Shown here: piece by piece, positions 37,559-42,236 of the stretch
Layout of the letters: every line of letters begins with the position of its first letter
Numbering within the stretch: position 1 is the first letter of the stretch
Assembly: GCA_030633185.1 (NCBI GenBank)
Contig: DAOVTG010000002.1
Location: 1 to 42,236 of the forward strand
Direction: 5' to 3'
DNA: 42,236 nt
From: Deltaproteobacteria bacterium
Lineage (GTDB): Bacteria; Desulfobacterota; Anaeroferrophillalia; Anaeroferrophillales; Tharpellaceae
Program-made: the position numbers and the translations under genes
The notes under the pieces: generated by a model
The model's database searches: none
The model's input: the letters and a program-made list of their open reading frames with translations, nothing else
What the model was told of the DNA's origin: nothing

Positions 37559-37695
37559 TGTCTTGGTTGGGGTCATTTGTTGACACTTGGCGGCCGTGAG
37601 ATTTGCGTAAAATCAAAGTTTTATCCCGCCATTTGTCAAGATGTGACCCCATTAGTGAGGGCGAAGCAAAATTTAAAGTTATCCTCTGTAACTTA
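37559..37695 (+). repeat. Intergenic repeat unit, copy B (137 nt, internal imperfect hairpin 37569-37650)
   Basis: Aligns without gaps to 41499-41635, with 13 mismatches in 137 positions by hand count. GGGGTCA..TTGACA..GGCGG (37569-37593) pairs with CCGCC..TGTCAA..TGACCCC (37626-37650). The unit contains the GGGCGAAGCAAA motif (37659-37670), which is shared with the 3803-4085 element; its tail ends ...TAACTTA at 37695. Confidence 0.85.
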
Positions 37696-37699
37696 GGGG

Positions 37700-38482
37700 T
37701 TAGGACGTTGTCAATTCGTTTTGCAAATTGGCGTAAATCTCTTTAACATTTTCAACCATTTTCGGGTTGACCTCGAAAGGGGCCTGATCTCGTCGGTCGG
37801 CGGCCACGATCTCCTGGTCATAATCGAGGAAACCCAGGACTTTGAGGCCCTCAAGATTATTGGTGATGAACTCCCGGTCACCGGGATTGCAGACCTTATT
37901 GCCGACGACAAAGACCTGATTGATGCCGAGGTCAGCCGCCAGTTTTTTAATTTGCCGGGCAGTCTGCAGACTGCGTGAACCGGGTTCGACGACGACGATA
38001 AAAGCATCAATCCCTTTGGTCGCTCCGCGTCCCAGATGTTCAAGGCCAGCTTCCATATCTAAAATAATGCTTTCATCCCGCTGCACGAGGATATGGCGCA
38101 GGAGAAATTTCAAGATGACGCTTTCGGGACAGTAGCAGCCACCGCCGCCCTCAGGAATGGTGCCGAGAACCAAAAGTTTCAGGTTCTCGCGATTCAGGCT
38201 GAAGCGTTCAGGGATATCGTCGACTTTAGGGTTGAGTTTGAACACGCCGCCGTAGGTTCCCTTTTGCGAGCCGGTGCGCTCCTGGATAAAGTCGGTCATC
38301 TCGGCAAATGGTGTAATTTTATTGACTTCATCAAGGCTGAAACCGAGGGCTGAAGCGAGATTGGCATCGGGGTCGGCATCAATGGCCAATACTTTATGCT
38401 CGCCTGAGGCGATGACGCGGGCCAGGGTTCCGGCTAACGTGGTTTTGCCGACCCCTCCCTTACCTGAAATTGCAATTTTCAT
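37700..38482 (-). CDS. cooC: CooC/AcsF-type P-loop ATPase (Ni-insertion accessory protein family of CO dehydrogenase)
   Basis: 260 aa. Deviant Walker A ISGKGGVGKTT, the CxC metal motif in GGGCYCPES, and DMEAGLEHLGRG, as in CooC proteins. AGAGGA ribosome-binding site 9 nt upstream. Confidence 0.7.
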   Translation of the reverse strand: MKIAISGKGGVGKTTLAGTLARVIASGEHKVLAIDADPDANLASALGFSLDEVNKITPFAEMTDFIQERTGSQKGTYGGVFKLNPKVDDIPERFSLNRENLKLLVLGTIPEGGGGCYCPESVILKFLLRHILVQRDESIILDMEAGLEHLGRGATKGIDAFIVVVEPGSRSLQTARQIKKLAADLGINQVFVVGNKVCNPGDREFITNNLEGLKVLGFLDYDQEIVAADRRDQAPFEVNPKMVENVKEIYANLQNELTTS

Positions 38483-38862
38483 GAGCTGGATTCCTCTTTA
38501 AAATATTTTGATGGTCTCGCACCCCTAAGGACACTTCCTGCGGGGCGTAAAATTTAACTACCTCCGCAATGTATGATCTAGATTGAAAAAAATCAAGCCC
38601 GAATAGTAGTTAATATAGTTTTTGGGCTTCGGTTATGTTGGATCAGGAATGTTTTTTTAAGGCTCTTTCGCATTACTCTCAAGCGGGACATGACTGAAAA
38701 AATGGGTTTACCCATTTTGATGCCCTGTCCCGATTGTGTCGAAAGCGAAGCGCTGTACGTTCATACGTCAGCCTCTTGACGGCTCTCACAAATCAAAGGC
38801 AAAGTTCGCCTCTAAAAAAGCAATCGACCCCATTGCCCATTGTTTTTGCGGTAAAAAATATC

Positions 38863-38891
38863 TTGACTCTAATCATTTTGGTGCCTATATT
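38863..38891 (+). promoter_or_regulatory. Sigma70-type promoter of the toxin-antitoxin operon
   Basis: TTGACT(38863-38868)-17 nt-TATATT(38886-38891), about 50 nt upstream of the antitoxin ATG. The small inverted repeat GCCTA-N3-TAGGC (38883-38895) overlaps the -10 element. GGTGCC recurs at 38880 and 38920. Confidence 0.6.
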
Positions 38892-38939
38892 AGGCCTCTA
38901 ATTTAGGGTCTAGATTTGGGGTGCCATAAAGGGGGTTGT

Positions 38940-39173
38940 ATGCAGCAGGCAAAATTCAGTGTAAGAGAGGTTCAAGTACATTTTTTAGATGATTTTAGAA
39001 CTTATGGGTTTAAGGACAAAAGTTCTATGCTCCGAAAAGCCATTGACAATTTCAAAAATATGTTAGAGCTTGAAAGCCTGAGAAAATCTGCTGATTTATA
39101 TTCTGATTTATATTCTGAAAATGATAATCTTAAAGAATTGACGGAAACTGCCATAACCGGGTGGCCCGAATGA
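38940..39173 (+). CDS. Type II antitoxin (ribbon-helix-helix-like, MazE/CopG-type)
   Basis: 77 aa from ATG 38940 (GGGGG ribosome-binding site 5 nt upstream). Its position and the ATGA stop/start overlap with the downstream MazF-family gene support the call. The acidic C-terminal half is typical of antitoxins. Confidence 0.65.
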   Translation: MQQAKFSVREVQVHFLDDFRTYGFKDKSSMLRKAIDNFKNMLELESLRKSADLYSDLYSENDNLKELTETAITGWPE

Positions 39174-39529
39174 CAACCTTGATAAGGGGGATGATTATTG
39201 ATGTAAATCTCGATCCCACACAAGGTTCAGAAACAGGTAAAGTCAGACCATGTATAATTGTGACCAACAATGTTTACAATCAAAGAGTTCCGGTTGTTCA
39301 GGTTGTTCCCATTACTGAATGGAGTGCCAAAAAAATACGGATAAAAACTAATGTTGAAATCGATTCTTCAAAAGATAATGGCCTATCAAAAAAATCTGTA
39401 GCGGATTGCTTGCAAACTCGGCCCATTGATCATCGTCATAGGATGGTAAAAATTCGTGGGAAATTGTCATCATCCAAGATAGAAGAAATAGATCAAGCTT
39501 TAAGGGTTGTTTTTGAGCTTGATTTGTAA
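39170..39529 (+). CDS. mazF: MazF/PemK-family type II toxin endoribonuclease
   Basis: 119 aa from ATG 39170. The stretch RGMIIDVNLDPTQGSETGKVRPCIIVTNN...VVQVVPIT...V.DCLQTRPID is the PemK/MazF signature. Confidence 0.85.
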   Translation: MTTLIRGMIIDVNLDPTQGSETGKVRPCIIVTNNVYNQRVPVVQVVPITEWSAKKIRIKTNVEIDSSKDNGLSKKSVADCLQTRPIDHRHRMVKIRGKLSSSKIEEIDQALRVVFELDL

Positions 39530-39565
39530 CGGGGTAAAAAGGGAACACAGTCTCCTGGGAAAAAG

Positions 39566-40264
39566 ATGGTTAAAAATAGGGAAAAACCTGAGATTTCCGA
39601 TCAAATCGGTCATCGACAGCGATTAAAGGCGCGTTTTGCCAGGCAGGGGTTGAACGGTTGGCCTGACTATGAGATTCTTGAACTGCTTTTAGGGTACGCT
39701 ATTCCCCGGCGTGATGTAAAACCTTTAGCGAAAGAGTTACTGCGGAATTTTGAGACCATAAAAAGGGTTCTTGATGCGCCTTCGGAACGTTTGCAGGAGA
39801 TTGCCGGGATGGGTTCGCAAAGCGCCCAATTCCTCAAGTTATGTCGGGAACTTCTGGTTCTTTATCTTGAGGTTCCTGATCGTCAACGCCAAATCGTAAC
39901 TTCACCGGAGCAGATCGGTGAAATCTGTCGAGCCCGTCTTGAAGGGCTTGCTGAAGAGCAGTTTCTGGTGCTTTTTCTCGACAACCGTCATCGTCTGATC
40001 GCCAGTGAAGTAATTCATCGGGGCACGGTGGATATGAGTGTGGTCTATCCGCGTGAAGTTTTAAGCCGGGCTTTACTGCATCGGGCGGCCGCTATACTGG
40101 TTGCCCATAATCATCCCGGTGGCAGTCTGACCCCATCGGCCGATGATCTCAAGATTACCCAAGAGCTGAAAAGCGCTGCCGCCACCCTCGGCATTCGTCT
40201 GCTTGACCACTTGATTGTTGCCGGTTGTCAGGTGGTTAGCTTGAAAGAATCAGGAAACTTGTAA
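39566..40264 (+). CDS. radC: RadC-family (UPF0758) JAB/MPN-domain protein
   Basis: 232 aa. N-terminal HRQRLKARF..G...L.DYELLELLL (HhH region) and an intact C-terminal JAMM motif HNHPGGSLTPSADD. Confidence 0.88.
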   Translation: MVKNREKPEISDQIGHRQRLKARFARQGLNGWPDYEILELLLGYAIPRRDVKPLAKELLRNFETIKRVLDAPSERLQEIAGMGSQSAQFLKLCRELLVLYLEVPDRQRQIVTSPEQIGEICRARLEGLAEEQFLVLFLDNRHRLIASEVIHRGTVDMSVVYPREVLSRALLHRAAAILVAHNHPGGSLTPSADDLKITQELKSAAATLGIRLLDHLIVAGCQVVSLKESGNL

Positions 40265-40270
40265 AAAACT

Positions 40271-41452
40271 ATGTCAATTATTAATCGTTATCTGCAGCGG
40301 GAGATTTTACTCCCTTTTTTTTATGTCCTGGTGGTTTTGGTTTTTATCCTTCTAATGGGACAACTTTTCAAAATCGTCAATATGGTGGTTTCCGAAGGGG
40401 TGCGGCTCTGGGATGTAATCCGTTTGGTCTCGGCCCTGATTCCTCAGATTATGACCATGGCTCTGCCGATCTCTTTCTTTTTTGCAGTTTTAGTTAGCTT
40501 GGGCCGTATGGTCGGTGATGGAGAGGTTGTGGCTTTAAAAGCGGCCGGGGTCTCTCCTTATACCATGCTTAAGCCGGTCTTACAGCTTGCCGTGGCCTGT
40601 ACGATTGTCACCTTGCTGGTGAGTGCTTGGCTGGCTCCCTGGGGGATGCGCCAGGTACGCCAGGTGACCTTTGATATCCTTAAGGAGAAAGTGACCTTGG
40701 CATTGCGCTCCCAAACTCTCAATCTGGCGTTCCCGGGTATGGCCATCTATATGGGTGAGATTGATCGGGAAAATGGTCGGGTGGAGGATGTTTTTATTGA
40801 AGATCGCCGGCATGGAGAGCATCCCCAGACGATTACGGCCATAGCCGGGGTGATTGTTGGTGATCGCGACTCTTCGACCCTGTTGTTACAGCTTGAGGAG
40901 GGGACGATTCATGAATATGATCCGCAGGAGGAGAGTTACCGGGTGACCGATTTCTCTCAATATCGTATTAATTTTGATATTTCAGATCTGTTAGGTGAAG
41001 AGGGCCGGGTAAAACTCAACAACAAGGCTTTGCCAAACTCCGCCCTTTTGCGCAAGATTGCTCTTAAAAAGAGCCGGGGGAAAAATCCGACCCGAGCCCG
41101 GGCGACCCTTTACAAACGCTTTACCCAGCCCTTTTCCTGTCTCGCATTTGCTTTGTTGGGCCTGGCTCTGGCCTTGGTGCCAGTGCGTAGCGGAGCCCGT
41201 TTCCAAGGGTTTGTTTTCGGTTTAGTCTTTCTTTTGGCCTACTACTTGACCGGCATGGTAAGCGAGTATTTGGCTGAATGGCAGCCGTCACTGAGTCTCT
41301 TTTTTTTCTGGTTGCCGAATCTTATCTTTTTGTTGTTGGGAATTTTGTTGTTGACTATGAAACAGCGTGAAGTCGAGCTCTCTTTTGTCGAATCCGGGAA
41401 CCGGACTTTCACAATGCTGAAGGATCGCTGTTCTCTTATAGGCAAGAAATGA
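40271..41452 (+). CDS. lptF: LptF/LptG-family LPS export permease (N-terminus most like LptF)
   Basis: 393 aa. MSIINRYLQREILLPFF resembles the LptF start MIIIRYLVRETL. Three TM segments, a periplasmic beta-jellyroll-size loop, then three more TM segments. Confidence 0.75.
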   Translation: MSIINRYLQREILLPFFYVLVVLVFILLMGQLFKIVNMVVSEGVRLWDVIRLVSALIPQIMTMALPISFFFAVLVSLGRMVGDGEVVALKAAGVSPYTMLKPVLQLAVACTIVTLLVSAWLAPWGMRQVRQVTFDILKEKVTLALRSQTLNLAFPGMAIYMGEIDRENGRVEDVFIEDRRHGEHPQTITAIAGVIVGDRDSSTLLLQLEEGTIHEYDPQEESYRVTDFSQYRINFDISDLLGEEGRVKLNNKALPNSALLRKIALKKSRGKNPTRARATLYKRFTQPFSCLAFALLGLALALVPVRSGARFQGFVFGLVFLLAYYLTGMVSEYLAEWQPSLSLFFFWLPNLIFLLLGILLLTMKQREVELSFVESGNRTFTMLKDRCSLIGKK

Positions 41453-41498
41453 CCCTGCCCCGGAGATTTGGTAAAAATCATTTACCTCTTGTTCGTTT

Positions 41499-41635
41499 TG
41501 TCTCGGTTGGGGTCATTTCTTGACACTTGGCGGCCGTAAGATTCGCGCAAAACCAAAGTTTTAACCCGCCATTTGTCAAGATGTGACCCCGTTAGTGAGG
41601 GCGAAGCAAAGTTTAACGTTACCCACTTTAACTTA
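41499..41635 (+). repeat. Intergenic repeat unit, copy C (137 nt, internal hairpin 41509-41590)
   Basis: Direct, gap-free copy of 37559-37695 at about 90% identity. It ends 22 nt upstream of the ATG of the JAB-DinG gene. Confidence 0.85.
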
Positions 41636-41657
41636 AAGCAAAAAAGTTTTGACCATT

Positions 41658-42236
41658 ATGACTCAATCACCTGATCTGCCGTTGGTTGAAGAGACCTGCG
41701 GCCGGAAGGCGGGCCGTTATCTGCATCCTGATGTCGTAACCTATATGGCTCAAGAGATTGTTGCGGCCGGCGGCAACGAAGTCTTTTTTCGAGGTCGTTG
41801 TGAGGCGGCCAAGGTGGTTCAGGCAAAGGTTCTGGCGCGCGGCAATCAGAGTATGACACCGGCCCTTTCAAGGCAGGTTAAAGCCGGTGAGGTAGTTATT
41901 CATAATCATCCTTCCGGAAATCTTACACCTTCAGATGCCGATTTGCGGGTGGCATCACTCTTAGGTTCCGAAGATATTGCCTTTCTCATTGTCGATAATC
42001 TGGTGGACATGGTTTACGCCGTGGTCGAACCGGTTGAGGTGGTGGCCGTTGAACCTTTGCCCCCGGATTTGGTTGATAAATATTTTTTTCCGGCCGGGGC
42101 TTTGGCCAAAGCCCTGCCCAGTTTTGAATTCAGATCGGAACAAGCCGATCTGGCCCGGGCTGTGGTTGAAGCTTTCAACCGGGAGAGTTTTCTTTTGGCC
42201 GAGGCCGGTACCGGGGTCGGGAAGAGCCTCGCCTAT
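41658..42236 (+). CDS. DinG/YoaA-family helicase with an N-terminal JAB/MPN (RadC-like) domain, 5' part (runs off the right edge)
   Basis: Absent from the ORF track because it has no stop in the window. Hand translation gives MTQSPDLPLVEETCGRKAGRYLHPDVV...GEVVIHNHPSGNLTPSDADL (JAMM motif HxH-x7-S-xx-D), followed by FEFRSEQADLARAVVEAFNRESFLLAEAGTGVGKSLAY (DinG-type N-terminus with Walker A). Confidence 0.75.
   Translation, partial: MTQSPDLPLVEETCGRKAGRYLHPDVVTYMAQEIVAAGGNEVFFRGRCEAAKVVQAKVLARGNQSMTPALSRQVKAGEVVIHNHPSGNLTPSDADLRVASLLGSEDIAFLIVDNLVDMVYAVVEPVEVVAVEPLPPDLVDKYFFPAGALAKALPSFEFRSEQADLARAVVEAFNRESFLLAEAGTGVGKSLAY

Noticed and set aside
38690-38779. 29-aa ORF (MTEKMGLPILMPCPDCVESEALYVHTSAS) in the long spacer upstream of the TA operon
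   Set aside because: It has no ribosome-binding site, is very short and has a single CxxC. Read-through of its TGA adds only 11 codons with no downstream hairpin. The evidence for coding is insufficient.
37559-41635. The 4-kb segment bounded by the two direct 137-nt repeats as an integrated mobile element with att sites
   Set aside because: There is no integrase or transposase inside. The segment contains the housekeeping genes lptF and radC. The same repeat family also occurs at unrelated loci (0.4 and 3.8-4.1 kb).
1-42236. rRNA, tRNA, tmRNA, riboswitch (including c-di-GMP GEMM), oriC/DnaA-box cluster, dif site, transposase or integrase genes
   Set aside because: I inspected all intergenic regions longer than 90 bp by eye and recognised none of these signatures. 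A covariance-model scan (Infernal/Rfam, tRNAscan) would be needed to exclude weak matches.

Overview
This is a 42.2-kb, densely coded chromosomal window with about 36 protein genes. I saw no rRNA, tRNA or CRISPR array. The gene content suggests a Desulfuromonadales/Geobacter-like deltaproteobacterium, but that is inference only: a proB-proA-nadD-rsfS-rlmH block, argJ, secA, recN-nadK-FapA, rex, a multihaem cytochrome and several GGDEF proteins. Most of the window is housekeeping. The ORF track takes the left-most ATG/GTG/TTG as each start, so I trimmed several starts by hand (the DHS-like gene, the SIS gene, secA, the histidine kinase, proA, gpmI, the acyl-CoA ligase, the antitoxin and mazF). 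I added two genes that run off the window edges: nadA at the left and a JAB-DinG helicase at the right. Five signals are not explained by a plain ORF list. (1) The tetrahaem cytochrome gene continues 378 nt upstream of its track start, through one in-frame TGA at 21770-21772. That TGA is followed after exactly 11 nt by a 7-bp hairpin with a GGUCUG loop, which looks like a bacterial SECIS element. The extension supplies the only ribosome-binding site and signal peptide/lipobox. I therefore read it as a candidate selenoprotein with a Cys-Gly-Sec motif inside a catalytically degenerate 5'-nucleotidase-like domain fused to four CXXCH haems. (2) A family of roughly 120-137-nt intergenic palindromic repeat units occurs at four loci (about 400, 3.8-4.1 kb, 37.6 kb and 41.5 kb). 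One locus is an inverted dimer with perfect 40-bp terminal arms, sitting upstream of the mqnA operon. (3) A roughly 130-nt extended imperfect hairpin abuts the GTG start of uvrA. (4) A perfect 28-bp-arm palindrome plus reiterated CCCCGGAATAG motifs lies between two convergent genes. (5) At the right end there is an orphan CooC-type ATPase, an AT-rich RHH-MazF toxin-antitoxin islet, radC, and a second intact JAMM/RadC-like domain fused to the N-terminus of a DinG-family helicase. All family calls rest on motif recognition by eye; no database search was possible.
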